NCBI GenBank assembly: GCA_013239625.1
Contig: MU054391.1
Span: 8,713,095 to 8,777,094 of the forward strand
Source of the DNA: Lama guanicoe
Taxonomy: Eukaryota
DNA: 64,000 bases
Direction: 5' to 3'
Positions within the stretch are counted from its first letter, which is position 1. Every line of letters starts with the position of its first letter. The position numbers were made by a program, and so were the translations under genes. Below the pieces are notes generated by a model. It was not told the origin of the DNA and searched no databases. It saw nothing but the letters and a program-made list of their open reading frames with translations. Positions 39,226 to 53,629 of the stretch are shown here, in pieces.

Positions 39226-39889
39226 TTTTCTCTTGGTGTTCAGTATAATATAGCTTTCTTCTCACATGGTAGAAATATTTAGAGATAATAAGTGCTAAAT
39301 ATTTTTACTCTGGTCTTTAAAGATTGCAATTATAAGAAAGTTAAAAATTATGTGCTATAATAGAACAGAGAGGTTCTAGTTGAATTTTTAACAGTTTGAT
39401 TTCCAATATGATTTTTGCTACATAGTTTATATAATAACTTAAATGAGTAAAAAGAAGTTTCTTATTTGTTAGGTTAATTTTATCCTTTTAAAATTACTCC
39501 TTAATCTTATTCAGAAAAAAAAAATCAATGAGTTGCTATTAAAAAAATTAAATGTTTATTAAATGCTCTTTTGAATCAGAGCTTTGAATCTGAATTTAGT
39601 TAATTTGTTGGTTAATTTCTTTTTTCATTTATGCCATCCAGCAGGACACTTTATGATGAAGAACTCAGTAATTTGTGGAAACTTTTTTATTCTTAATAAG
39701 TAAATATATCTCTTATGATCTCAGTATCACAGTAGCTAAGTGCAGTTTGCCCAGACGTTGCTCCTAATAACTTGTGTCTGAATAAACTAGTTCCAAAAAG
39801 TCATCACTGAGCCGCAGGAGAATCCTTAGTGAGGAGACTTCTGACTCGCAGAGAATACCTTCCTTCCCCATAGTGTAAACTTAGAAGCT

Positions 39890-40660
39890 TAATATCAAAA
39901 AAAATAAAAAATAAACAACTCAATCAAAAAATAAGTAGAAGACCAAAGCAGACATTTCTCCAAAGAAGACATTACAGATGGCAAACAGGCACATAAAAAA
40001 TGCTCCGTATCACTCATTATTAGAGAAATGCAAATCAAAACTACAATGAGGTATCACCTCACACTAGTCAAAATGGCTATCATCCAAAAGTCTACAAATA
40101 ATAAATGCTGGAGAGGGTGTGAGAAGAGGAACTCTCCAACACTGTTGATGGGAATGTAAATTGGTGCAGCCGCTATGGAGAACAGTATGGAGATTCCTTA
40201 AAGAACTAAACACAGAGTTATTGTATGACCCAGCAGTCCCACTCCTGGGCATATATTCAGAGAAAACTCTAATTTGAAAAGATGTGCACACCCCAATGGT
40301 CACTGCAGCACTATTTACAGTAGCCAAGACATGGAAGCAACCTAAGCATCCATTGACAGATAACTGGATAAAGAAGATGTGGTACATTTATACAATAAAA
40401 TATTACTCTGCCACAAAAAAGGATAAAATAATGCCATTTGCAGCAAGCAACATGGATGGACTTTGAGATTATCATATTAAGTGTAGTAAGTCAGAAAGAG
40501 AAAGGCAAATATTATGATATCACTTATATAAGGAATCTATTAAAAATGACACAAATGAACATATTTATAAATCAGAAATAGATTCACAGACATAGAAAAC
40601 AAACTTACGGTAACCAAAAGGGAAAGTGAGGGGAATAAATTAGGAGTTTGGGATTAATAT
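39890..40660 (+). mobile_element. Cetartiodactyl-type L1 3' region lacking the terminal tail
   Basis: ORF2 C-terminus ([22 protein letters not shown]) then aaaatgacacaaatgaacatatttataaatcagaaatagattcacagacatagaaaacaaacttacggtaaccaaaaggg; stops after gggattaa. Confidence 0.93.
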
Positions 40661-40749
40661 GCAGACCTTTAGTCTTTCAGTTTCAAAAGGCATTTGATTG
40701 ACAGATAAAAGCACTGTAGATCATTGTTTCTTCAATAGATAATGAAGCA

Positions 40750-40960
40750 CCCAGTGCACTTAACAGAAGTTGAGACTCATGATTTCTGGGTACATTGCTT
40801 ACTGGTTAACCTACAGCAATTCACTTCACCTGTATCTATTTCTGTTTCTCCTTCTCTCTAAAATTAGAATAATAGATCTACAAGCTTTAGAAGTTAAATG
40901 ATGCTGTGGGTGTGAAAAGACTCAGAGTTCTCAGAGGAATAGTGTTATATATATAAGCAC
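40750..40960 (+). mobile_element. MIR SINE
   Basis: gcaattcacttcacctgtatctatttctgtttctccttctctctaaaattagaataata. Confidence 0.55.
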
Positions 40961-43302
40961 TGATCACTGATCTTTTATATAAAACTGTATGAAAATAATG
41001 TATAAATGCAACTTAAAATCTGTTGTTCTAAAGAGTACTATGCATTAATACAAACCAAAGCCACCCATTCCTATTCCTCCAATGCATGAAAAATATCCTC
41101 AGGTGAAAAGTAGATTAAATTCAATCTAGTAAGGAAGATAGAGAAATTTGCCTGTTAAGGAGAATTACAAAATGTATATAGAGATTTTAAACTTTAATAG
41201 GGATCAATAGAATGTGTCTATCTTGTAAAATATCTGCATTTATAGATCTTTAATTTAATAGCTCTACATATTTACACATGATTTTATATATGGAGACATT
41301 AATGTTTGATGGAAACTAAAACTAGATTTCAAAAGCAAAATTAAATTTTTTCACTAGACCAAAGCCCTCTGCAATATAGATGGAAAAGAGGCAGTAAACT
41401 GTCAGGGTTCATATTTAATTCAGCTCTTTATCTTCTATAGCACCAAACTCAGTACCTGGCAGTTTATAGGCGCTCAGTAATTATCTGTTAAAGAGTGAAT
41501 AAATGAATAAACTTGCTCTCATTAACGTAACAGTTGTTAACAATAATTCTTATGATGAGCTGAAATTTTTTAAAAAAATCCTTAAGGAGAGCATGCACTT
41601 AATATATGGCAGTTGACTAAATGTTCTCTAAGTTTCCTACTGAATGGTTAGATTTTATGATCCTATGTCAGGTAGACACTCAAATAGGCAGTCAAATAAA
41701 GAGAGAAGAATAGGGAGACATGAGCCAAAAGGAATTGAATCGGCCCCATAGAGTTAAGAGAAAAAAATATCCTATAGACCAATATCCTTAGAAAACATTA
41801 ATATTTCTGCAAACCATTGCATCTTCAGATTAGCATTCAGCATGTATAAAAGTGTAACTAAATATCCAAGCTTAGAAAATGACAATGGGAGACAGCCCTA
41901 TTTCTTTTTGTTCTCTCGTGAAATTCACAGATTTCTTAAAGGAGTCATGCTGACAATGGAAACCTTCATTAGAACAATTGTAGTGCTGTGTCAAAGTGTG
42001 TGAGGCAAAAATCTATAAATAAATCATGAAATAGAATCTCTGCATTTCCACTAACTGATATGCATAGAAAAAGAAATATTGCTGAGTGAGAAATCTATAT
42101 ATTTTCAACATGCCTCTCTTCCTTCTTCTTAAAATATTGGAAGAACAAAAATTGGCAGAAGATTACTTTAATCTGGCATACATTTCATTAGAATTTCTAA
42201 CAGGCTTATTTTATACATGATTCACTGGAAATACTCGAAGTCAATATGCAGAAAGTTTGACTCGAGCTAATATGACCTCTGTTCTTTCTTTCAACATAGA
42301 TTTTCAAGAAATTCCATCCATATCTGTTATAAGGATATAACTTAACTCTTTAAATGTATCATTTGTGTGCATTTAGATGTCCTTTATGGGGTGCCAAAAC
42401 ATCTTTTTCAAACAAACAAATGAACAAACAACAACAAAAAACAACCACTGAATTTCATTCTCCATTTTTTCTTGTTTGCTTTCCATAAAATGATAAATAT
42501 TTATTCAAATATGTCTGCTGAAGAATTTTATCATGTCTACACCTTTTCCACTAAACATAATCACACAATCTCCTTTATTTATAGAGAAATTTTGAAGAAG
42601 TGCCATCTCACTGATCAGATTTTCTGACCTCAATTCATACAAAAGTCACACTTTGACATAGATTGATGCTTGCATCCAAAAGGGGCTTCCTGTTAGAATT
42701 ACATCAGGGCCATTGCTTCACTTTCTGATGGAAAAGTTTGTGGTTTGTCCCATCATTTAATTGTTATGTTCATAAGGCCTACTTTACAAGTATAATTTAA
42801 TCAAATCATTTACTCATTAGGCTATAAAAATAACCTGGAAAATTGGAAATTATCTGCTTTCTTGTGAAGTTCATTTATTTAGAAGTGTGTATTAGATAAC
42901 GGATACTGCAGTGGCCATAACTGGGTTATGACAATGAATGAAACGCAGTCTCATCTTTAAAGAAGCTCACACACTGGAAGAGAAGACATGCCAGCAACTT
43001 ATGGTAGAACTGTTAAGAATAAGATCCTATTTAGAGGAGTGGAAAAGTGGATGGTAGAGTCTATTAAAATATTTATGTTTAACTTAAAGTCAGAACATTT
43101 CAAAACAGTCATTCTATTCACTGTACAGATCTAACTCTCTAGTTGATTATAAAGGTTAGACATATGTTTAGACTATGTATCCTCCCGGTTGACACTTCAC
43201 ATAATTTTAACAGATTTATAAATTACAAATAAAAGATGATGCATTTATACTTCACATACTGCCACTGTGATACGTATCTATAAACTCTGTCTTTATGTTT
43301 GG

Positions 43303-43328
43303 GCGTGTGTGTGTGTGTGTGTGCGCGC
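43303..43328. repeat. (GT)n(GC)n microsatellite
   Basis: gcgtgtgtgtgtgtgtgtgtgcgcgc. Confidence 0.85.
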
Positions 43329-43779
43329 TCTACCTCTTCCTAGTTTTGATGTTTGGACGGCAGGTAGAAATACAATGCAATAAAAAATAGACATTTTAGG
43401 ATATTGAAATAAAGGGAAAGACTGGTAGCGATATCAAGTAAGGCTAAATGCAAACATAATGCAAATAAATGGGTGTCATAAAAATCCTTGCAGTACAAAG
43501 GTAGCGCATGAATGACTTTAAATTCTCTAATAGCCACATTAAAGTGTCATGTGATCATTTATAAGAACTGCTGTGTCTGAAAGGAAAACCAAACAGGACA
43601 AAACAAAAATTTCAGTTCAGATAAAACACAAATGCACTTCATGATGCACATGGGTTATTATTCGATATAAAAGCTAAATGATAAATCTTACAAATTTCAC
43701 TGACAGGAGTATATTGTGTATAGGGATGAAAGCATTTCCTGACTCATGGCTTCTACTGTACACAGAAAATATGTAAATA

Positions 43780-45010
43780 TGTATTCATATATTCAACCAT
43801 GTATTTAAGAATATGTAATGAATGCCTACCATGGTGTCAGATGCTGTTCCAAGCATTGAAGATACTCACAGCTACTGTTTTCATGTGTACTTTCAGTCTA
43901 GTGGGGGAAAAACAGACAATAAAGGATCAAATCATTACACATCAGATGGTAAGAGAACAGAAGGGAAGCAGAATAACTCAGGCGAAGTGGAAAGAATAAA
44001 ACGGGAGGAAATGTGTGCCTGAGCACACTGTTACACTGGGTTGTTACGGACGATCTCACTGCTAAGGGAACATTTACACCAATAGGGCAACTGAGGCATG
44101 CACAACACGAATTATGCTTGAATTATGGAGAACCCACAAGGAGCCTAGTGTGGCAGAGGGATGTGCACAAAAGGAAAAGTGGTGGGAGATAATGTCAAAG
44201 AAGACACGATGTTATGTGAGTCCCAAAGGCTACGTCAAAAGCCTGAAACTTTACTCTGACTAAGATGTCATGCCCCTGGAGCTTTGAGCAGTGACATGAT
44301 GTGACTTACATCTTAAAAGACTTCCTTTGATTTCGTGACAAAGAAATGGAGTTGAGGAAAGAGACTGAATCAGTATGGGCTACTGCCCGAGAAAAGGAGA
44401 GACAATGTGCTCAGGTGAGACAGGGGGAGTGGTCAGAGCTGGTCAGCTTCAGGAGCTATTTTTGAAGTTAGACAACAAGATTGTTGAAAGATTGTGTGTA
44501 AAATGTGAGGAAAAGGGAGAAATCAAGAATATCTCCAGCTTTTTTTGAATAGAGTTGCTGGAAGATGGGAGTTGTGGCTAACTACCATTACAATTGGGGG
44601 AATTAGAGAAGCAAGTTTTAGGCTGAAGGTGCAGTTTGGGACACATTATGTTAATTAATGCCAATTAGGCAGTTTTCTTAGGGTCTAAATCTCTGGGAAA
44701 CGTTGGTCTTGGAGACATAATTTGAACATCATGAGAATATAGGTTCAACTGATAGCAAATGGGCTGGATGAATGTGTGGGGAAAGATCAGCATTTGAAGG
44801 TAACTGAAAGAAGGTATGAGAATGGCATCCAGGAGCCAAAGGAAATGAAAATGTTTCAAGAGGGTATAATTCAGTACTGCCAGTGGTTCTAATAAAATTA
44901 AAAATCACTGTTGTATTTGGTAATCTGGAAGAAACTGGTGACATTCAAAAAGGGGTTTTGATTGGAGTTGTGATGACAAAAACTTAACTGGTGTGTGAGC
45001 CCAAGAAAAA
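43780..45010 (-). mobile_element. Long L2 LINE fragment including the 3' end
   Basis: attcatatattcaacc...gaatgcctaccatggtgtcagatgctgttc; gagctttgagcagtgacatgatgtgacttacat; gtgaggaaaagggagaaatcaagaatatctcc; cagtttgggacacatt. Confidence 0.85.
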
Positions 45011-45739
45011 AATGAGAGTACTGACCCTTTCAATACTATTAATCCAATCATCTTCTTGTTTCATTGACTAAGCATTTCAAAACTTCTTGCTCTATCTATA
45101 TTATCCATTGTGTTGCATTGACCTCCATGGTTCACAATTTTAAGTGCATTATTGGTTTTTGTTTTGTTTTGTTTTTCACATTTACTCTATTCTAGTAAAG
45201 TAGTTATTTTCTTGGAAAGTGAACACTAATCACAAATACGCCAACATAACTCCTATTTTTAAGCTTAATATGTCGAATCAGCTTGTCATGACTGTCGAAT
45301 ATTTGTTTCAGTTCTGGTCCTTAATTCTAAAAATTGTCTTTTAAATGATCAGACTCCTTTGTTCCTTAAAGTAAACTTTCAGATCATATTAGTCTTTGAT
45401 TTTTTTCTAAAGGAAGTATATTCTTTGTCTACTCAGCAAGTGGAAAAATTGAGTCTAAGTCAATAATCCATGGAGCGTTTTAACTTCCGCTACTTCGATT
45501 TACCAGTTTCCATTGTATTCCTAAACAATATTTTGACACACAAACATGAAAAAGAAAATCCTCCCATAATAGCAAAATAATATATAGAAAAATAATAAAA
45601 CTGTCAAGCTTATAGGAATAATAGTATAAAAAACACTGAGGAAGAAAACTTATGTACTAACATCTAAAATTTGAAACTCATATATAGTATATTTAACGTA
45701 CTTGCTTTTCTTCTAATTTTAAAAATGAGCATTCAGTGT

Positions 45740-48700
45740 TTCTGGTTCCACATGGTAGGAATTCACCACTCCCTCCTAAAAACAATTCTTCTAGGACCTG
45801 TAAGAAAAGTGAGGACACAAGGCAAACTATGTCCCCCCAAACTGGGGAGAGAGACAGGCACATAAAGGGAGTCATGGTTACTGGAGCAGAGAGGCATGCG
45901 TGGAAACTTCAGTGGGGACCACTGGGGGAGTAAGAAAACCTGAACTGTAATTAATGAGTTGCCAGAGGCTCAGGGTGGACAACTCTGACAGTTAAAGGCT
46001 CGAGGAAGACTCAGTTTCAGGGTGTATCCAGAGTCTTATGAGCATTAACCTCTGGGAGCTCAAACAGGTTCTGAGAATAAATACGGGAGAAAAATCCACT
46101 ATCTCAACTAAGGTAGTGAGGAAAAACCAGAAACTTTATGAAGTTCACAGTCCAGAGTTATAGGCTCACTAAAAGACTCAGCATAAGTCTATAGAACTCC
46201 TCCCCTCCCCCAAAACTTACCACCACATTATTCTCACCACAGTTGCTTTTAGGCAGTATCTCATGCTTCTTGATAGAAAAAATTACAAATCTACCAAAAG
46301 ACACACACACACACACACACACACACAATCTGAAGAGACAAACCAAACATCAGAACTAGACATGGAAGGGATATTGGAATTATCAGATCTGGGATTTAGA
46401 ACAACTAGGAATAATACGTAAAGGGCTACACCAGTAAAGTAGGCAGCAAACAAGAGTGGATGGGCAATGTAATCAGAGATATGGATATCTTCCTTAGGAA
46501 AAAGAAATGTTAGAAACAACGAACACTGTAGCAGAAATGAAGAACGCATTGGAAGGGCTTACTGGTAGATTAGACATAGCTAAAGAAAGACTCTCTGAGC
46601 CTGAGAAAATATCAGTAGAAACCTCCAAATCTGAAAAGCAAAGAGAACAAAGACTTAAAAAAGGAAAAACAGCAGGAACATTCAAGGAGTAAGAGACAAC
46701 TGTAAAATCTGTAACATATGTGTAACAGGAATAGCAGGAGGAGAAGAAGGAAAGAACGGAAGAAATGCTTGAAACAATAAGAGCTGATGATTTTTCCAAA
46801 TGTCAAATGCCAGACCGAGAATCCTAGAATCCAAGAATCTCAGAGAACACAGAGCAAGAAAAGTGCCAAACACTAAACCCAGGCATATTATTTTTGAACT
46901 ACAGAAAAATCAAAGAGAAAGGGAAAAGAAAAATAAGATATAATTTTTTTAAAAAAAGGCACAATGAAGAAAGAACAAGTGTGGGTAAAATGAAAACTTT
47001 TATTTTTCTTGTTTTTAATTGATCTAACCGATTGTTCGAAATAATAACAATGAGTATGTATTTGATTGTATATGCTTATGTAAATGTTATGTATTAATAG
47101 ACGTATCAGTATATATGAATAAATAACTATATAAGGATAAATATAAATAAAATAAGTAAAAATAATTGCATACAAATAAAATAACATATATAAGTGAAAT
47201 AATGACTACAATGACACAGAGGATGAGATGAAGAAACTAGGATTATTTGGTTAATATAAAGTACGCACACATCTTGTGAAATGGAAGAGTGTTATTTGAA
47301 AGTGACTTGGATAGTTCCAAATGTATATTGCAAACATGAGGCCAACCACAGAAAGGCTGTTCTTAAAAGAAGTGATAGTGATATGCTACAAAAGGAGAGA
47401 AGATGGAATCACATAAAATGCTCAATTAAAAACAGTAAAGGCAAAAAAAGAAAGACAAAAATAGGAACTAAGACAAAAGGCAATAAATAAAGTTAACAAA
47501 GATGCTACATATTAATCCAAATATGTCAATGATAACTTTGAATGTCAGTGGTCTAAATGCAACAATTAAAAGAGAAGGATTGTCAGAGTGGGTCAAAAAA
47601 TGCAATCCAACTATATGTTGTCTACAAGAAACCCACTTTAAATATGAAGATTAAAAACACATGGATGAAGAAAAATATTCTATGTTAACACCAATCAAAA
47701 GACAGCAGCATAGCTGTATTAATTTTGGACAGAGAATTCAAAGCTATAAAAATTATTGGGGAAAAAAGAGGCATTATATACTGATTAAGGGGTCAATTTC
47801 CAAGAAGATATAACAATTCTTAAGCTGTATGCTCCTAACAAGAGTGTCAAACTACATGAGACAAAAAATGACAGAACTGCAAGGAGAAATAAATGAATCC
47901 ACTACCATAGTAGGAGACTTCAACACCTCTCCTTTACAAATGGACAGATAGAGCAGGTAAGAAATCAATACAGACACGGTCAGATGCAAGAACACCTCAG
48001 TCAACTGGATATAAAAGATTACTTTCTCCAACAGCAGAATACAAATTCTTCTCAAACCACATTGAAATATTCACCAGGATAGACCATGTTCTTAGCCAAA
48101 AACACACCTTGACAAATTCAAAACATTAGAAATCATACAATGTCTGCTCTCAGACCACAGGGGAATAAAACTAGAAATCAATAACAAAAAAGGTAACTGG
48201 AAAACCCCAAAATACGTGGAGATTAAACAACACACTTCTAAAGAGCATGTGGATCAAAGAAGAAATCTCAAGAGAAATATTTATAATATTTTTAACTAAA
48301 TAAAAATGAAAACACAACCTATTAAAGTTTTAGGAATCCAGCCTAAACAAGGCTAAGAGAGAAATGTATAGCATTGAATGTAGACAGTAGAAAAGGAGAA
48401 AGATCTAAAATCAATTGTCTAAGTTTACACTGTAAGGAACTAGAAAAAGAAGAGCAAATTAAATCCAAATAAGTAGAAGAAAATAAGTAATCAGTATTAG
48501 GGCAGAAATCAATACAATTGAAACAGGAAATCAATAGAGAAAATCAACGATAATGAAAGATGTTTCTTTAAAGAAGTCAATGCAATTGATAAACCTGTAG
48601 CCAGGCTAACTAATGACCAATATTAGAAATGAGAGAGGGGACATCACTAGAGATCCAATGGAAATTAAAAGGATAGTAAGGGAGTACTATAAATAAGTCT

Positions 48701-49975
48701 AAGCTAACAAATTTAATGGCCTAGGCAAAGTAGACCAATTCCTTTGAAAGACACAATTTGCTAAAACTCACCCTCTCACACACACAAATAGATAATCTGA
48801 ATTGGCTTATGATTATTAAGGAAATTGAATCAGTAATTACTTAACTCCCAATGTAAGAAGCATCACGCCCATATGAGTTCACAGGTGGATTCTGCCAAAT
48901 GTTTAAGGAAGAAATGGTACCAGTTGTCTATCATCTCTCTCAGAAGAGAGAAGTTGAGGGACTACTCCCCAGCACATTCTGGAGTGGCAGCACTACCCTA
49001 ACACCAACACCGAGCAGACTGTACAAGGAGACTACAGCTCAGTATCTCTCATGAATATAGCTCTAACGATCCTTAACAAAATACAGCAAATAGAGTTGAA
49101 CAATGTATGAAATGAGTTGTACAACCAAGTGAGATTGATCTCAGCTATGCAAGTCTTGTTCAATATCTGAAAATTATTAATATAGTCCATTAACCAACAG
49201 GCTAATTTTTTTAATCACATGATCATATCAAAAGATGGAGAAAAAGAATTGAAAAAAGCCAACACCCATTTTTGATAAAAACTCCAAATAAACTAGGAAT
49301 AGAAGAGTGTATCTTCAACTTGATAAAGAGTATCTGCCAAAAAAAAAAAAAACTTCAGCTAACATATTAATGATGAGAAACTTGAAACTTTTCTAAAATC
49401 AGGTACAAGACAAGGTTGTCCCCTCTCATTACTCCTTTTCAATGTCATACTGGAAATACTAAAAAATGCAATGAGAAGAAAAGGAAATAAAGGTATACAG
49501 ATTGGGAAGAAAAAAATAAAGCTGCATTTGTTCACAGATGATGTGATCATTATGTAGAAATCTGTACGAATCAACAGGATTAACTCCTGGAACTAATAAG
49601 CAATCATAGCAAGGCTGCAGGACACAAGGCTAATATACAAAGTCAGTTGCTTTCCTGTATACCAGCAATGGACAGGTTCAACCTGAAATTAAAAACACAA
49701 TATCCTTTTACATTAGCACACCTCAAATTAAAATGCTTAGGTGTATATCTAGCAAAACATATGTAAGATCTACTTAAGGAAAACTATAAAATTCGGATGA
49801 ACAAAATGAAAGACCTAAATAAATGGAGAGATATACGAAGTTCAGGTATAGAACGACAAGATTGTCAAAATGTCAGTTATTCCCAGTTGATCCATAGATT
49901 CAGTAAAATCCCAGTCAAAACCCCAGCAAATAACTTCATGGATATCAACAAAATGATTCTAAATTTCACACAGGG
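45740..49975 (+). mobile_element. About 4.2-kb L1M element: 5' UTR, partial ORF1, inter-ORF, ORF2 EN and RT; 3'-truncated and non-functional
   Basis: ORF 46507-46692 is ORF1p coiled coil (NTVAEMKNALEGLTGRLDIAKERLSE). ORF2 start-like ataactttgaatgtcagtggtctaaatgca at about 47530; GTRQGCPLS at about 49402; RT motif read as LFTDDVI at 49528. Many stops and frameshifts. Confidence 0.95.
46301..46327. repeat. (AC)13 microsatellite inside the L1 5' region
   Basis: Seen directly. Confidence 0.9.
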
Positions 49976-50159
49976 AGACAATGAGATAAACGGGCTAGTG
50001 AGATAAAATGCTAGGAACTGTGAAGATAATGGTAACAATATCATATATACTCATTATTACATCTGACACGCCAATTATTTCCTACTTTACACCATCAGAA
50101 ATACAGCCTGCTGGTCCACTCGGCAAGCAAAAAATACGCACGTGCAAAGAGTCAGTGTA

Positions 50160-52330
50160 GGGTGCTGGGTTTTGGCAACATGGAATCTAGATAGAAAAAT
50201 TCCCCACTGCAAAAGGGACAGGTCATTAAAATTTAAGACACAGCTGAAGTTCTCCAGTATATAAGTATCTATAGGATATAAAAAGGTATAAACTGAAAAT
50301 CAGAGGAATAAGCAGGCGTAGATGACTCTGACGTATTGGCAGGTTTTACAATCCTTAGTGACAACTAACATGTACACGTAAGAACTAAGAATCCTATGAG
50401 AAACCGGAGTCTTTAAAGCATATACTTATAGTCATTTATCGGAGCAGATATTAATTTTAAAATGTTACAACAGATGGATGCAAAAAAAAAGGATGGAGGA
50501 AGGAGGGCTCTTTCTTTAACATTTGTATAAGTAGGTATCTGCTCGTACAAGATTATAATTCAAATTTATACTACTTTGAAGCCTAGTGAAGTTGAAGCCG
50601 ATGCATTAATAAATAAATGAAGGTTCTTCACAGCAACATTTCTGGGTCCCCAGCAGAAGTAAAGCAAAGTCTTTTACAGAGAAACCTAGTCAACAAAAGT
50701 TACACAGAATTTCCGATATAAAACAACATTTAACCATAAACATGAAAACAAGCCATTAGGAGCAAAAGTCAGGCAAAAGAATGAACAAAATATTTAATAT
50801 ATAAAATCGTTCTAAATATAGAAGCTAGAAAAAAGGCAATGTTGTAAAAAGAAAGGAAATTATGAATGTAAGAGCAGAAGGCAATGATTTGGTAGAATCA
50901 GTAAATCCAAAAATATTTTTTGCAAAATACTTATAAAGTAAGCAAATTTCTGGGAAGAGTGATGAACTCTCTCAAAGGAGTTATATGAAAAAAACTATAA
51001 AAATGACACTGAAGACATAATAAAGAAAACCTAAAGAAATGGCGAATGATCACATAAATATGAATTTACGAAACAGGAAGTATTGCACTATTACGTACAG
51101 AATTCTACCTAAATTTATAAAATCTTTTCCAAACTTATATACAAACTCAATGCAATTACACTCAAAATTTAAACAGGAAATCTTATAAAGCTAGAAAAAC
51201 TACTTCAAATATTCATATAAACAGCAGTGGGCAAGAGTAAATAAAAACAATTTTGCAGAAAATAATGTGGAAGAATTTTTCTAATCAGATATAAGTACTT
51301 ATAATAAAGCTATTAAGCCAGTATAGCAGTGGGAACAGTATAAACAAATAGACCAAAGAAGCAGAATAAAAGACACTAAGGAAGGATCACGTATGAAAGG
51401 GAGTTTAAAAATAGGAAACATTGCAGACCATTAGGAAAGGAATAGTTAAATGGTGTTGGAACACTTGGCTATCTAAATGAAAGAGAACAAAATTTCATCC
51501 CTGACTCATACCTTATCCAAAAAAATCAATTCTAGGTGAATTAAAGGTATAAAAGAAAAATTAAATGTGTAACACTTTTGAAAGTGTATGCATAAGAGTA
51601 AGTTTGTGGTTTCTTAAATAAGACAGTAAAAGCAAAATTCAAAAAAGTAAAGACTAATATATTTGATTTAACTAAAATAAAAACTGTCATTGCCTCAAAA
51701 GATACTGAAGGAGGAGGAGAAAATGTTGAAAAGAGAAGTGGCAGACTGGGACAAAATACTTGTAATGCACACAGCCACAAAAAGTTATTGTCCAGAATAC
51801 GTAAAGAACTTATTTCTATGTTAGTAGTGCAACTAATAATAAAAATACAAACATCTCAACTGCACAAATGGACAAAAAAATTGGAATGGCTACACAAGAT
51901 GATAACTCCTGGATGGCTATGTGTGTAACTAGTAAAATCTAAATGACTATGGCAGTAAATGTAAATGAAAAGTAAAATGAGATAGACTGTTACCTCCGTA
52001 AGACTGGCATTTAAGCGAACGATGTTTGATGATGCTAAATATTTTCACAGATTCAGATACTGAAGTCATACACATGCTTCTGGGGAGAAAAATGAGTTAA
52101 GAGCCTTTGGGAGACGTATTTGACAATACCAATTAAAGGTGAAGATCTGCTGATCCTATGATATGAAGACTTTTAATTCTAGAAAATGCCCACATGTATG
52201 CAAGAAAAAAACATACAGAGAAGTTTTAATGGCACCATTGTTTTAAGGGTGTATTTATACTGTGGAACTTGAATTACATTTGTCATCATGAATCAACTTC
52301 AAGAACAAATACTGAAAAAACAAAATATTG
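50160..52330 (+). mobile_element. Older fragmented L1 (L1ME-like): 5'-like piece, ORF2 3' part and 3' UTR
   Basis: aacttatatacaaactcaatgcaattacactcaaaatt; aaacaaatagaccaaagaagcagaataaaagacac; aaatggtgttggaacacttggctatc; ttattgtccagaatacgtaaagaact. Confidence 0.75.
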
Positions 52331-53229
52331 AACCTGTTCAGGAGGATCTGTAGTGGCCTGCGTTGGGCAGGGGTTAAGTCTCCTGTCAGAAAGCCTGGAA
52401 GAGCAGAGGGTGAACAACAAGAGAAGCAGGGGAGATGGCATTGCCCCACCAGGGACACGATCAAACTAAAGTTCTGAATACAGTTTTGAATAACAAGATT
52501 GAACTTTTCTTTTACGAAGTCCTTTTGTATAACTAGCCCCTTGTGAAATTAGGATTTTACTGTTTTACAGAAATTTTACCTTATTTGCATCCATTTTTCC
52601 CTTAAAACTTCATTTATATTGAAAAGACCCTCTTCATACTAAAACCAGTTCAAATTCCCCTAATTTTTCTGAGGGATTTCCTTTTTATATATTTTTTTCA
52701 TAATCTACCTCTTAAGGAAATTTGAAATTTTATTTGACATAAAGTGTGTGATAGATCTAAATATTCATATTTTCGCTCAATAGTAACTCTTTTTCACTAC
52801 TGATTTAATATTAAGCAAGTTCAATAATTTAGAGTAGTTGATAAGGAAGTTGGTCTTTTCAGAAATCAGAGTTGTAACAGTTCACATATTATCTGTACAA
52901 GTTCTCACACAGCTAGAAATTATTCACCTTCTAAAATTATACTACTGTTTTGTTTTTTCATAAGATGGACACTTTTCTACAAAGAGCCAACATTTAGAAC
53001 ATTTCCTAGTCAATGAAAAAACAGCAGCAAAGCACTTTTCAAATAAGACTCAATTTTTAAATGATCAGCAAGCAGTCTCACAAAGCTTTGTTCAAATTCA
53101 CATCTCAGAATAATTGCAAATTACTACATGGCATGAACTGTCACTGTATAGAAGAGAGATCATTAGGGCCTGAATTGAGACTGGGGCTGTAGTGAAGAGA
53201 GGAGGAACTAGATTCAAAAGATATTAGAA

Positions 53230-53629
53230 TAAAGAGAAAGAAAAATACCATATGATATCACTCATATGTGCAATTTAAAAAAAAAAAGGAAAAAGTGGAC
53301 ACTAATGAACTCATCTACAAAACAGAAGCAGACTCTCAGACGTAGTAAACAATCTTATAGTTATTAGGGGAAAGGTGGGGGATGGATAAATTAGGGTGCT
53401 TGAGATTTGCAATGATAACCACTGCATATAAAAATAGATAAAAAACAAATTTCTTCTGTATAGCACAGGGAACTATATTCAATATCTTATACTAACCTTT
53501 AATGAAAAACAATATGAAAACAAATACATGTATGGATATGCATGACTTGGACGTTGCGCTGCACACCAGAAATTGACACAACATTGTAAACTGACTATAC
53601 TTCAATTTTAAAAAAGTAAAAAAAAAAAA
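53230..53629 (+). mobile_element. Young lineage-type L1 3' UTR with poly(A) tail (camelid-like)
   Basis: aatgaactcatctacaaaacagaagcagactc...tatagcacagggaactatattcaatatctt...caccagaaattgacacaacattgtaaactgactatacttcaat followed by an A tail. Confidence 0.9.

Noticed and set aside
40064..40466. 107-aa and 60-aa ORFs
   Set aside because: Antisense and sense frames of the L1 ORF2 C-terminus.
46158..50006. Cluster of ORFs that might suggest an active L1
   Set aside because: ORF1 is internally deleted, ORF2 has many stops and frameshifts, and the 3' end is missing.
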